Notes under the pieces: generated by a model
Database searches by the model: none
The model's input: the letters and a program-made list of their open reading frames with translations, nothing else
What the model was told of the DNA's origin: nothing
Program-made: the position numbers and the translations under genes
Source of the DNA: a virus
Taxonomy: Duplodnaviria; Caudoviricetes
Reading direction: 5' to 3' (one strand)
Length of the DNA: 53,009 bases
IMG/VR virus record: IMGVR_UViG_3300029258_001781
Location: 1 to 53,009 of that record
In this document: positions 9,863 to 18,199 of the stretch, piece after piece
Position numbering within the stretch: position 1 is the first letter of the stretch
How the letters are laid out: each line of letters begins with the position of its first letter

Positions 9863-10452
9863 TACCGGTGGCTCGGCCCGGTCAATTCGACCTTGACGTT
9901 CTTCACCAGCCGATCGAGGATCGCTGTAACCATGGCGGGGTTTGTGGTCCCTTCCAGGAGGATTGTTCGAAACCCCTCGGGATTGATGTTGCCCGTGAGG
10001 ATCGTGGGCTCCTGCCAGTCGTAGCGATAACCCAGAATGTGTTTCAGTAGCGACAGGCTCTTATGGTTCCACTCGACCTTATCCACGTCGTCGAGCAAGA
10101 GCAGTCCAGCGTCACGATACGGTGCCACCTTCCTGACGACGTCGAAGTCGTGCGCGAGGTTGTGAAACATGAACTCATCCAGCGCCGCGATCATCCGGCC
10201 AGAGCCGACCCCTGGCGGATCGATGTAATCACGCAGCAGGCAACGCGCGAGAAACGTCTTGCCCGTTCCGGGGTCGCCCTGAATCCATAGATTGTGTTGC
10301 GGCTGCTTGTAGGCGCGCAACTTCCACGCATCGGCGTTCAATGCATTGATCTCGGGATCGGTTTTTGCCCTACAGTGGCTCAGAGTCATCCCGCACAAGT
10401 ACGGCTCCGATTGCTCCCACGCACTTAGGGAATTCTGGTTTATGATATTCAA
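9862..10452 (-). CDS. DnaC/IstB-like AAA+ helicase loader
   Basis: GDPGTGKT, LLLLDD, TILTGN, AILDRL. Confidence 0.88.
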   Translation of the reverse strand: MNIINQNSLSAWEQSEPYLCGMTLSHCRAKTDPEINALNADAWKLRAYKQPQHNLWIQGDPGTGKTFLARCLLRDYIDPPGVGSGRMIAALDEFMFHNLAHDFDVVRKVAPYRDAGLLLLDDVDKVEWNHKSLSLLKHILGYRYDWQEPTILTGNINPEGFRTILLEGTTNPAMVTAILDRLVKNVKVELTGPSHR

Positions 10453-10823
10453 AACGCATCTCCTTTGAGCCGATTACCCACAAAACGATTGGGGTTCTCT
10501 TCTTGATAAAAGCCCTCCAGCAAACGAAACACCGTCTCATCATTCAGGAACCAGCGAAGGTGCGCCTTGAACGGTCGCCCGCCTTTCAGCCACCGGTTGT
10601 GCCCCAGTAGCTCTGGGCACTTTGGAATCTTGGCCAAAGCAACCCGCCAGTTCGCCGCCCAGACTGGATCGGCCACCAGCTTGTCGAACCGGGTCCGCAT
10701 TTCGTTGTTGATCCGAAAGCACCCGCGCACGCCACACTGCTGCGCCATCTTGTTCCACTCTTCGCGAAGATCCTCTATCGAGGGCTCGAAAAGGTTGGAC
10801 TGATAATCACTTGTAGTCCTCAT
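10449..10823 (-). CDS. Putative replication initiator-like protein (124 aa)
   Basis: FKAHLRWFLN...RLLEGFY tail typical of small phage replication proteins upstream of DnaC-like genes. Confidence 0.55.
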   Translation of the reverse strand: MRTTSDYQSNLFEPSIEDLREEWNKMAQQCGVRGCFRINNEMRTRFDKLVADPVWAANWRVALAKIPKCPELLGHNRWLKGGRPFKAHLRWFLNDETVFRLLEGFYQEENPNRFVGNRLKGDAF

Positions 10824-11406
10824 GTAGCTCCGCCCTCCAGTCCCACCACGAGATCTTTGCCGGTCTGTCTCTGACGAGCTTGTGACGGTAGACGAACAGC
10901 ATTGACTCTCTGGTGTTGTCACTCTGTTGCAGCGGCCACGGCGCCAAATACTGGACGCGGTCGGCCAGGTGGACAATCTCATCGGCATACCGATACGCGA
11001 AGCTAAACCAGTCCTGCGACGCCCCCGGGATGCCAACAATGACGATGCATGCCCCCTCGCTCATCGTGTCGACAGTCTGCTCCGCCTTCTCGTGCCACGG
11101 CTGTACCTTGGCGAAGCCGGGATTACAAAACCCGCGGGTAACGCCGCCATGAAGCCAGTAGGTTTCGGCCAAGAGCGAGTTTTGAGCCTCACTGATGTAC
11201 CGTGGACATTTCTTGTTGTGCTTGCTTGCGCACAGGTCGATTTCGAAATCAAAGCGATTGTTCAGCACCGACCAGAAGTCGGGCGGGGTTTCCCAGCACT
11301 GCGCAAGGGATCGCTTCTCTTCCTTGGATAAAGCCGCCAATGCAGCCTCGCGCTCGGACTCTGTCCACCCCTCTGGGTAGGTGTTCGAATAGAACTTCCT
11401 ACGCAT
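10807..11406 (-). CDS. Phage N6-adenine DNA methyltransferase (phage Dam family)
   Basis: WETPPDF, IDLCASKHNKKC, FCNPGF (variant motif IV), WHEKA. Confidence 0.82.
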   Translation of the reverse strand: MRRKFYSNTYPEGWTESEREAALAALSKEEKRSLAQCWETPPDFWSVLNNRFDFEIDLCASKHNKKCPRYISEAQNSLLAETYWLHGGVTRGFCNPGFAKVQPWHEKAEQTVDTMSEGACIVIVGIPGASQDWFSFAYRYADEIVHLADRVQYLAPWPLQQSDNTRESMLFVYRHKLVRDRPAKISWWDWRAELHEDYK

Positions 11407-11686
11407 CCGTGGCTCCCTCCAGATACTCGTCGATCGACTTGAGCCGCAGCAGCAGCTTTGCACGAAGCTCGCGTAGCATACTCTCCCTCGCGTCCTGGAC
11501 AGTTGCCTTGCGGTTAATCTTCATCGCATGATCAGGCAACAATACCGAAGCGCTGACGGTCAGATCGTAATGTACCCGATGCAACTGATTCCGCGAATGG
11601 GGCTCCACGCGAACCTCAATCGGCAGATCGAAGTCACGAAAAGGCTCGGGGTTGAACGCCTCGATGTAGTCTTCTTCGTTAAGCAT
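11399..11686 (-). CDS. Hypothetical protein
   Basis: Tiles the operon (MLNEEDY...). Confidence 0.55.
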   Translation of the reverse strand: MLNEEDYIEAFNPEPFRDFDLPIEVRVEPHSRNQLHRVHYDLTVSASVLLPDHAMKINRKATVQDARESMLRELRAKLLLRLKSIDEYLEGATDA

Positions 11687-11954
11687 AGCGACCACAGTCC
11701 GCATCGGGGTCGAGATCGAGGCGCTTACAGGTTTCGTCCGCCAGCGCAGACGCCGAATCGAAACCCGCTTGCATGAAGTCATCGTACTCGGCCGCGGCTT
11801 TCTGGTACTGCTCGCGAGCCTCCTGAGCGCGCTCATCGGGAGCCCCCATCATTTGCTCATAGGCACGACGCTTGTTGTGCAGCAGCACGTGCATGTTCTG
11901 CCCCATGTGGGCGTCCCGTATGAAGATTTCCATGTAGAATTGCTTGTTCGTCAT
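11679..11954 (-). CDS. Hypothetical protein
   Basis: AAGGA RBS, coupled to neighbours. Confidence 0.6.
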   Translation of the reverse strand: MTNKQFYMEIFIRDAHMGQNMHVLLHNKRRAYEQMMGAPDERAQEAREQYQKAAAEYDDFMQAGFDSASALADETCKRLDLDPDADCGRYA

Positions 11955-12241
11955 TTCCTTGCTCCAATGTTTTCCAGTTCAATTACAAAAACCGTTCCGC
12001 TCTCGCCGACCGCATAGACCTTGTCGGCATCAGGGACCAGATCCACAATCTTTTCCGGAAGTGGGATCATGCTCCACCCAGCAAAACTGCGACGGTACAT
12101 ATTCAGCACTTCCCGAACTCGCCGACGCTGCTCAAGACGCGCTCGACGGGTAGGATCAAGGTGCCGCCAAATTCGACGGCAAGCCCTGCCGATTGGCGCC
12201 GCGAGCGCCGCGCGGGACTCGGGCGTGTCGTTAATCTGCAT
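11951..12241 (-). CDS. Hypothetical protein
   Basis: GGAG RBS, coupled to neighbours. Confidence 0.55.
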   Translation of the reverse strand: MQINDTPESRAALAAPIGRACRRIWRHLDPTRRARLEQRRRVREVLNMYRRSFAGWSMIPLPEKIVDLVPDADKVYAVGESGTVFVIELENIGARK

Positions 12242-12539
12242 CTGTCTCTCCTTCCGCACGCGGAGGGTGCGGGCCGCGCGCCGGTGCGGGTTGTACCGCT
12301 AGTTCGTCCTCCAACTCCGCGATCCGGTTCCCTGCCTCGTCGCACGCTTGCTGTAGTCCCTCGCAGCGGGATTGTACGCTGGCATTGTGGATTTTGAGTC
12401 CAAGGATGGTCGCATCCCGCTCGCGTACAGCGGCGATGAGTTCAAAGCCAAATTTACATGCCGCTGATGCGTTATCAAGTTTCGGGTCGTTCAGAATTTC
12501 CTCTATCTCGTCCAGCCGCTTGGGGGTTAGGTTATCCAT
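12231..12539 (-). CDS. Coiled-coil hypothetical protein
   Basis: LTPKRLDEIEE...LIAAVRE heptad pattern. Confidence 0.6.
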   Translation of the reverse strand: MDNLTPKRLDEIEEILNDPKLDNASAACKFGFELIAAVRERDATILGLKIHNASVQSRCEGLQQACDEAGNRIAELEDELAVQPAPARGPHPPRAEGETDAD

Positions 12540-12912
12540 CCGTCTGTTCCTCCGCTTCCTTGGCCGCGCACAGAATATTCAAAAATTCTCTTGGTAGTTC
12601 GGTCGGTATGCTGATCTTTCTGACCGCTCTTTCTATCAGTAACAACGATTCGAGCCGACAAAACCACCGCTCGGCCAGCGCGAGGGTGGCGTCGGCTGAG
12701 GTGGCGTACTTCGATAACCCTGCGATAGTTTTCCAAGCATCTTCTTCTGTGAAGTGGCCGCATTTGTACAACGCAACTCCCATCCTTTCAGGCTGCCTGA
12801 CAAGCCATCGATATGGAGTCCTATCACCCTTCAGGCACTCAACCATCCACCCGTCCCGCTCCGCCGCCCAGCGGGTGATCTCCGCGTCGGGCATTTGCTC
12901 GAAGTTGGTCAT
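12532..12912 (-). CDS. Phage ABA-sandwich-like protein
   Basis: EITRWAAERDGW...YATSADATLALAE...PREFL pattern. Confidence 0.55.
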   Translation of the reverse strand: MTNFEQMPDAEITRWAAERDGWMVECLKGDRTPYRWLVRQPERMGVALYKCGHFTEEDAWKTIAGLSKYATSADATLALAERWFCRLESLLLIERAVRKISIPTELPREFLNILCAAKEAEEQTDG

Positions 12913-13124
12913 GGTTTATAGCTTCCGTCATAGTTTCCGTGCACAGTAGATATAATCGACATGGGTCCAGCTTGATCACGAGGTGGCATATCGGAAAAAC
13001 ACCTACACTTAGAACATTTACCCCCGACAAGCGTGCTTGTTCCTTCGATCCAAGTAGGCGGCCCCCAATGAATGCCACAGGCAAGCCTCACGAAACGTAC
13101 TGGACCATCATTTTTCCCCATCAT
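12909..13124 (-). CDS. Small Cys-rich hypothetical protein
   Basis: LACGIHW...CSKC; coupled to neighbours. Confidence 0.5.
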   Translation of the reverse strand: MMGKNDGPVRFVRLACGIHWGPPTWIEGTSTLVGGKCSKCRCFSDMPPRDQAGPMSIISTVHGNYDGSYKP

Positions 13125-13477
13125 TCCACCTCCCCGAACAGCGCGACGATCTCCGGCACGCCTGCGGCATAGGCGGCTGACAGGGTGGCGGATGTGATGG
13201 TGTCGTGTGATATGCCCCGAACAAGCCAGCGCTTTCCGACGGGTTCAAGTGTAAATATCATTCGACCAGACAGCCACCGCATCAACGGCACCGCGAACAC
13301 CTCATCGGCCTCGGGCGTGTTGAGCGCGGGCAGATGGTTTTCGTATCGCCCTGTTTCGTAGCGCTTCTCTGCCAGTGGACTCCACGCCGTCTCAGCCACA
13401 AAGCACTGCGGATGCGTCTCCGGCGTAATCCCCAGCAGCTTCGCCAGCGCGGCGGGGGTGATGTTGTCAATCTTCAT
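13121..13477 (-). CDS. Hypothetical protein (possibly ABA-sandwich-like)
   Basis: LAKLLGI...LPALNT...SATLSAAY. Confidence 0.55.
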   Translation of the reverse strand: MKIDNITPAALAKLLGITPETHPQCFVAETAWSPLAEKRYETGRYENHLPALNTPEADEVFAVPLMRWLSGRMIFTLEPVGKRWLVRGISHDTITSATLSAAYAAGVPEIVALFGEVE

Positions 13478-13634
13478 TTTCTAACACCCACTTGAGCGCT
13501 TGCACGCGCGATTCCATAACTGTCTGAATCAAAGCCAGTGGCGCATTGATTTGAATGTTGGCGGGCGGGTAGTTGTACCGCTCATCCGCCTCAATGATTG
13601 CGATCTCACCTTCGATTTGTTGTTTCGTCTTCAT
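13467..13634 (-). CDS. Hypothetical protein (MKTKQQI...)
   Basis: GGAG RBS; NAPLALIQ motif. Confidence 0.6.
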   Translation of the reverse strand: MKTKQQIEGEIAIIEADERYNYPPANIQINAPLALIQTVMESRVQALKWVLENED

Positions 13635-13744
13635 CCGTCCTCTCCTTCCGCGAGCGGCGGGGTTTCTACTTTCACAACTAGCGGTTGACACCTCCAGCAA
13701 TTACCAAAGAAGTCGAGCGGGTAGTCGCACATTTGGCATTGCAT
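13631..13744 (-). CDS. 37-aa zinc-ribbon peptide (MQCQMCDYPLDFFGNCWRC...)
   Basis: Two CxxC pairs; start/stop overlaps on both sides; below the ORF-track cutoff. Confidence 0.55.
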   Translation of the reverse strand: MQCQMCDYPLDFFGNCWRCQPLVVKVETPPLAEGEDG

Positions 13745-14133
13745 CATTCTTCTACCTCCGCGAGCGCCAGAATCAGCGCGGTGTTGTGGTCGGGGTGTTG
13801 CACAGTGAACTGGACATCCGTTTCGTTTATCAACGGGCCTTCGATTGTGGTCATACCTCCACCACTAAGAATCATGCAGCCCTCTGATTCAAGCCACACC
13901 TCCAGCCAATGCGCGTTTTCACGAAAGGTGAAGTCTGAGCCGATGTAGTCGCGCACGCCTTCTCTCGGCGCGCCATTCCCGTAGCGGACGGGCGTGAACC
14001 ACTTGCGCTCGTTCTTCGGGTCCAGCCTCCGCGCCAGCCACTCGTTGAGAGTCCGCTTGTCGGCCTTAGGTAGGTCGCACGTGGCCTTGCCGTCCTTGAG
14101 CGTGGCGAGGATGCGGGTTAGTTGGTCGGTCAT
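13744..14133 (-). CDS. Phage ABA-sandwich-like protein
   Basis: LNEWLARRL...DFT...HNTALILAL. Confidence 0.55.
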   Translation of the reverse strand: MTDQLTRILATLKDGKATCDLPKADKRTLNEWLARRLDPKNERKWFTPVRYGNGAPREGVRDYIGSDFTFRENAHWLEVWLESEGCMILSGGGMTTIEGPLINETDVQFTVQHPDHNTALILALAEVEE

Positions 14134-14154
14134 CGGCTACTCATCGCCCGATCC

Positions 14155-14325
14155 TCACGCCGGCTCGAACTGCTTCGGCAAGCAGGACGACAGGAAGCAG
14201 CACGTCATTGCGACCCTGCACAGATCTTCGACGTCTTGGTTGTACTCAAGGACGGCTCGGGAATACGGGTTCTTACCATACCCGGGGTGGGAGCTAACGC
14301 GCTTCATGCCGTAGTCGAATCTCAT
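14155..14325 (-). CDS. Small hypothetical protein
   Basis: GGAG RBS, ATGA overlap. Confidence 0.45.
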   Translation of the reverse strand: MRFDYGMKRVSSHPGYGKNPYSRAVLEYNQDVEDLCRVAMTCCFLSSCLPKQFEPA

Positions 14326-14456
14326 GACTTCTCCCGTGTTTGCCACCACGCGAGGAGAAAGCACCCAAGCCCAATGAGCACCATGATCACGATGCCTATA
14401 ACCAGCTCCGCGAACCGCGCTCCAACCCAAAACCAGAATCCATCCAGAATGCCCAT
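14322..14456 (-). CDS. 44-aa single-pass membrane peptide
   Basis: LVIGIVIMVLIGLGCFLLAWW; TAATG coupling. Confidence 0.55.
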   Translation of the reverse strand: MGILDGFWFWVGARFAELVIGIVIMVLIGLGCFLLAWWQTREKS

Positions 14457-14947
14457 TAGTGGTTAATCCTCACTCGGTCGCTTTCCACGCACCCCTTGCA
14501 TCGGCACGGCGGCGCCGAGCCCTCTTCCTCCCCCCGCCAGCGCCACCGCTCTTCGGCGCCCATAAGGCTGATCGGGCCATCATGGTCGGTGTCGAGCCGA
14601 TTGTCCAGCACCCACGCCACGTACCGTTCGAAGTGCTGCATGATCTCCACGTCGCTTCGCCCCGCCGGCCGCGTCGAGTGACAGAACCACTCCATGTGAA
14701 ACGGCAGCACGCCCTTGCAGTAGACCACGGCCGAGTAGTCTGTGCCGCCCTCGTCGCACCGCTTCTCGTAAACCCTGGCGAGCGTCTGTAGCGCTTCTTC
14801 CAAGCTGAACGCGGTCATCTTGGGCTGGGCGCTGTTCCCCTTCCCGTCCGCCATCGTCCACCGAAGTTCGAACGTGTACTGCGGCCACGCGGGGATATCC
14901 TCGAAAGGCCAAATCAAAGGCTCGTGGTCACGCATTCTCGTCTCCAA
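14456..14947 (-). CDS. Hypothetical Cys/His-containing protein
   Basis: LMGAEERWRW...PCRCKGC...INH. Confidence 0.65.
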   Translation of the reverse strand: METRMRDHEPLIWPFEDIPAWPQYTFELRWTMADGKGNSAQPKMTAFSLEEALQTLARVYEKRCDEGGTDYSAVVYCKGVLPFHMEWFCHSTRPAGRSDVEIMQHFERYVAWVLDNRLDTDHDGPISLMGAEERWRWRGEEEGSAPPCRCKGCVESDRVRINH

Positions 14948-15242
14948 TCCCGAGCAGCGACGTCAGTTCGCTGTGATGACGCCGCAATCGCTGGAACCGC
15001 TCGACCTCGTCCAGTAACGCCTCTATGGGCGCACACGCATCTCCGAAGTCATGGCCGAACCACCACTTCACCGGCATCGGCCTATACTCTGGCCCCACGT
15101 CCATCTTGTTGGGCTGGTTGCGGTGCGGGTTTCCCATGATCTTCAAAAGAATCTGCCACTCATCTCGCGACAGATCGACCAGAAGCCTGTCCAGATCATG
15201 TGACTTTTTCCCCGGCTCAGGTAATTGTGCAACGACCTTCAA
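14928..15242 (-). CDS. Hypothetical protein
   Basis: Likely TTG start overlapping the HD-gene stop. Confidence 0.5.
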   Translation of the reverse strand: MKVVAQLPEPGKKSHDLDRLLVDLSRDEWQILLKIMGNPHRNQPNKMDVGPEYRPMPVKWWFGHDFGDACAPIEALLDEVERFQRLRRHHSELTSLLGIGDENA

Positions 15243-15925
15243 AGGAAATCCCTCCCCGTTCGAAACTCGTACTTGCGCAGCCGGTCCAGAAACTCGGCGG
15301 CAGCGTTTTCGAAGTCCCAATACTGGAGTTCCACGCCCTCGTACTTCCGGTGCCCCTCCCGCACCGCGGGCCAGTCTTTCGAATCCAGCTCGCCATAGAA
15401 AGCCGTCGCCTCCGTCACCAACATCCGCTGATCAACATCCTTGACCCAATATTCCCACGCGGCCAACTGGAACTTCGGCTGCGGCCAGAAACCAATCTTG
15501 GAAAGAACCGCATCCCGCACCCGGCGCTCCACCCGATGCAGGTCTCCCTTGAAATGCTGCTTGATCGGGGTCGGTATGTCCGTCACCCGATACTCGCCCG
15601 CATCATGCAGCAGGCCAAGAACCGCAAGGTCAGACCCCTCGTGCCACAAAACGTCGCACACGTGGCAGCAATGCTCTGCCACCGAATAGTGCTCGAAATC
15701 CCTCCCGATCCGACCACCGAAGCGAGGCATCCGCGCCAGCGTAAATGCCACTTCATCCAGGTCCACGTCGCTGGACGAAGTCTGCACCACGTCCGACACC
15801 ACCCCCTGCCAGTCCGCCAGCATTATCTCCGGCGCACCGTCCCACGGCTCACCATGAGTCCCCCCGATCATCTCCTTGCCATCGCTCCGCATCGCTTCGA
15901 TCCTTTCTGGTTTACCGCTTGACAT
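15239..15925 (-). CDS. HD-domain phosphohydrolase (YfdR/5'-deoxynucleotidase-like)
   Basis: RFGG...YSVAEH...LLHDAGE...DIPTPIK...D motifs. Confidence 0.85.
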   Translation of the reverse strand: MSSGKPERIEAMRSDGKEMIGGTHGEPWDGAPEIMLADWQGVVSDVVQTSSSDVDLDEVAFTLARMPRFGGRIGRDFEHYSVAEHCCHVCDVLWHEGSDLAVLGLLHDAGEYRVTDIPTPIKQHFKGDLHRVERRVRDAVLSKIGFWPQPKFQLAAWEYWVKDVDQRMLVTEATAFYGELDSKDWPAVREGHRKYEGVELQYWDFENAAAEFLDRLRKYEFRTGRDFL

Positions 15926-16493
15926 CGGTCTTCACGTCTACCGACAACCGCGCGCTGACCTGACGAAGATTCTCCTCGATCGTCTTCTGAATCCCGTCCA
16001 CCAGCACTTTGTTGCCGTCCGCGATCGTCTTTTTCAACGCCGACTGGATGCTGTAGTGCAGGTGCTCGTGTACCATGTGCGCGACGCGCGTCTGCTTGCC
16101 CTGCCAGTTGTAGGAATCCCGCCCCTTCGGCTTGCCCTGGAAATCCACCAACTCCGTCAGATACCGCTCGGCCGCGCTCACGAGGTACTCCTTGAACGTT
16201 ACCGGCTCCCCTTTCGGCTCGCCCCAGCGATTCGTCTCCCGGAGAACCGCGTTCTCCACCAGATCATCCACCCGCGGCAAGACCTCTCTCTCCAGCGCCG
16301 CCTTCACCAACTCGTCGATCCGGCCCTGAACCTGCTTGCTCACTTCGGAAGCGATGCCGCTTTCCGAAAACGGACCATCCTCCACCACCCCATGCAGCAA
16401 CGCATCGACCATCCGGCTCAACACCTGCTCCCGCATTTCTCCCTCTTCCATCCCAAGACTCTTGCAAAGACCCGCTACGTCCACTGTGCTCAT
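15912..16493 (-). CDS. Hypothetical helical protein
   Basis: TNRWGEPKGEPVTFKEY; tiles the operon. Confidence 0.65.
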   Translation of the reverse strand: MSTVDVAGLCKSLGMEEGEMREQVLSRMVDALLHGVVEDGPFSESGIASEVSKQVQGRIDELVKAALEREVLPRVDDLVENAVLRETNRWGEPKGEPVTFKEYLVSAAERYLTELVDFQGKPKGRDSYNWQGKQTRVAHMVHEHLHYSIQSALKKTIADGNKVLVDGIQKTIEENLRQVSARLSVDVKTDVKR

Positions 16494-16539
16494 CGAAATA
16501 CCCTTTCTGGTTTTCCTTGTGAAGACTTGCACTAGGGTA

Positions 16540-16965
16540 TCAGTCTTCACTCCTCCTGTCAACCCCCAGATCATACCCCACCGAATGGTCAATGTAGACA
16601 TGGTGGTAGCGATTCCGATCTACAATCCGACCAGCGCCGGCGTAGTCGTAATACACCGGATCCTTGACCCCGTCTTCCCCGAACCCGAAAAGAGTGAAAC
16701 GGCTCCGCCTCACCTGCTCCCATAGGTTGCGGCCATGAGCTTGCGTCCGACCCACGATCAGCACGCGCTCCCCCGCCAACGGCTCCGTCGCCGCTGCAAG
16801 GCACATCTGAGTCGTCAAGCCCCTGCCACGCAGCGCACCCCTCGCATACACCAAGTCGACCCCTGGGCTCTCCTCCTCTCGCCATGCCTGACAAAAAGCA
16901 CGCCACGCCCGAACAAAACGCCATTTCGAACTCGGACCAAGATCCTGACCACTATTCACTCGCAT
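16540..16965 (-). CDS. Hypothetical protein with a P-loop-like segment; first gene of the leftward arm
   Basis: GAGGAAGG RBS; RGRGLTT...RVLIVG. Confidence 0.55.
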   Translation of the reverse strand: MRVNSGQDLGPSSKWRFVRAWRAFCQAWREEESPGVDLVYARGALRGRGLTTQMCLAAATEPLAGERVLIVGRTQAHGRNLWEQVRRSRFTLFGFGEDGVKDPVYYDYAGAGRIVDRNRYHHVYIDHSVGYDLGVDRRSED

Positions 16966-16999
16966 ACATCCTTCCTCTCGCTGTTGATTTTTGAGACTT

Positions 17000-17028
17000 A
17001 CACTACTCTATCAGTCCTCGCCGGAAAA
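17000..17028 (-). promoter_or_regulatory. Putative leftward sigma70-type promoter
   Basis: Extended -10 TGnTAGAGT, or TTTTCC-17bp-TAGTGT, upstream of 16965. Confidence 0.4.
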
Positions 17029-17124
17029 TACAGCACATTTTTTAAGGGGGGGCGATCAACAATCCGCGAGCCCGCAGCTTCCCCCTCCCCCTGGGCCTTC
17101 GCATCGTGGCGTTTGGCTGGTGAT

Positions 17125-17170
17125 GGCTGGGGCTGGGCTCCGCCGGGGCTGGGGCTGGGGCTGCGTGGGG
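17125..17170 (+). repeat. GGGGCT-type tandem G-tracts (G-quadruplex-prone)
   Basis: Six G3-G4 runs within ~45 bp. Confidence 0.7.
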
Positions 17171-17385
17171 CTCGCCTTGCTTCCTCCTTCCTTGCTCCTT
17201 CGAAGCGGGCCGCGCGCCGGGCTCCGTTTCATAGCGTCCGATAATAGACAAACTGTTACTTTCCGGACGGGGGGCGCATCTCCTTACAGGCCAAGGGGAT
17301 ACGCTGCGCGATCGGGTGCTATGCCGAATTATTGCAGGGCGCGCAAGGGGCCAAACGGGGCCAGATCGCTATATGTTGGGGTGCA

Positions 17386-17844
17386 TCAGTCCACAGAGCG
17401 CGCAGCAATGGCGGCCACCATAGCGCGATCGTGCTGGCGCTGCGCTTCGGCTATGGCGGCGCGGCTGTCTGGGCGATAGCTGGAGTAGCGCACGCCAACC
17501 CACGTAAGGCCGGAGACGCGCGCCGCGTCCAAGGGCCCAATATGGCGCAGACTGTGCGCTAGTGTCCGCCGCTGCACCTTGGACAGGTGGAAGAAATGCG
17601 GGGGGTCGTGCTTGGAGAGCAATCGTCTGGGGTCACGGATGGCGGCTTGCAGGGCTCTGATAGCGTCGTCTCTGGAGCGTATCACGGGCATTCCTTCGGG
17701 TGTGCCGGGTGTTGGCATAGGATCATGAGCTTCGAAGACGTGACAGGGCCCAGAGATGGCCGCAAAGGGAGATCTCCGGAATCGGGAGGGGTGCGGAGTA
17801 GAGCATGCGGCAGTGTGGGGAATGGGGATCGGGGTGGTGTTCAT
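17386..17844 (-). CDS. Possible hypothetical protein
   Basis: ORF in the divergence region; start uncertain. Confidence 0.35.
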   Translation of the reverse strand: MNTTPIPIPHTAACSTPHPSRFRRSPFAAISGPCHVFEAHDPMPTPGTPEGMPVIRSRDDAIRALQAAIRDPRRLLSKHDPPHFFHLSKVQRRTLAHSLRHIGPLDAARVSGLTWVGVRYSSYRPDSRAAIAEAQRQHDRAMVAAIAARSVD

Positions 17845-17965
17845 GGTCTACGCGCCCGGGAAGAAGACTAGACGTTAACCCATAACCCTCTCTCCACTCT
17901 CTTAAGAGGGAGGATAGATCGGGGGGGTGTGTAGTGTCAAGGGGTGGGGGTGTGGTGTGTGGCAG

Positions 17966-18109
17966 GGCCGCAAAATGCGTCCCCAAGTGACAAAATTTGC
18001 CACAGGGCAAGAATCGTACCAATTGATCTCGTGTGTTAGGTGTGGGGTGTTAAGTGGTTTGTCTTCGGTGGTATGGCTTCATGTGGTGGTGATCTGGCAT
18101 GGTGCGTGC
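17966..18109 (+). promoter_or_regulatory. Putative sigma54 (-24/-12) promoter with tandem upstream palindromes
   Basis: TGGCAT-N5-GTGC at 18095-18109; palindromes GGCCGCA-AAA-TGCGTCC (17966-17982) and GTGACAAA-A-TTTGCCAC (17987-18003). Confidence 0.5.
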
Positions 18110-18199
18110 GTACCTATTGCGGCTTTGCTCTTTTCAAGTTGAATCGCTGCGAGGGTCATCACGACCGGGGGAAAGTCCCCGGCGAAAGGATGATCACCA

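Noticed and set aside
16540-16965. Functional helicase or terminase ATPase
   Set aside because: Only 141 aa, and the Walker A-like RGRGLTT lacks the catalytic Lys.
18150-18199. Hammerhead-like hairpin followed by CGAAA
   Set aside because: Lacks the CUGANGA core.
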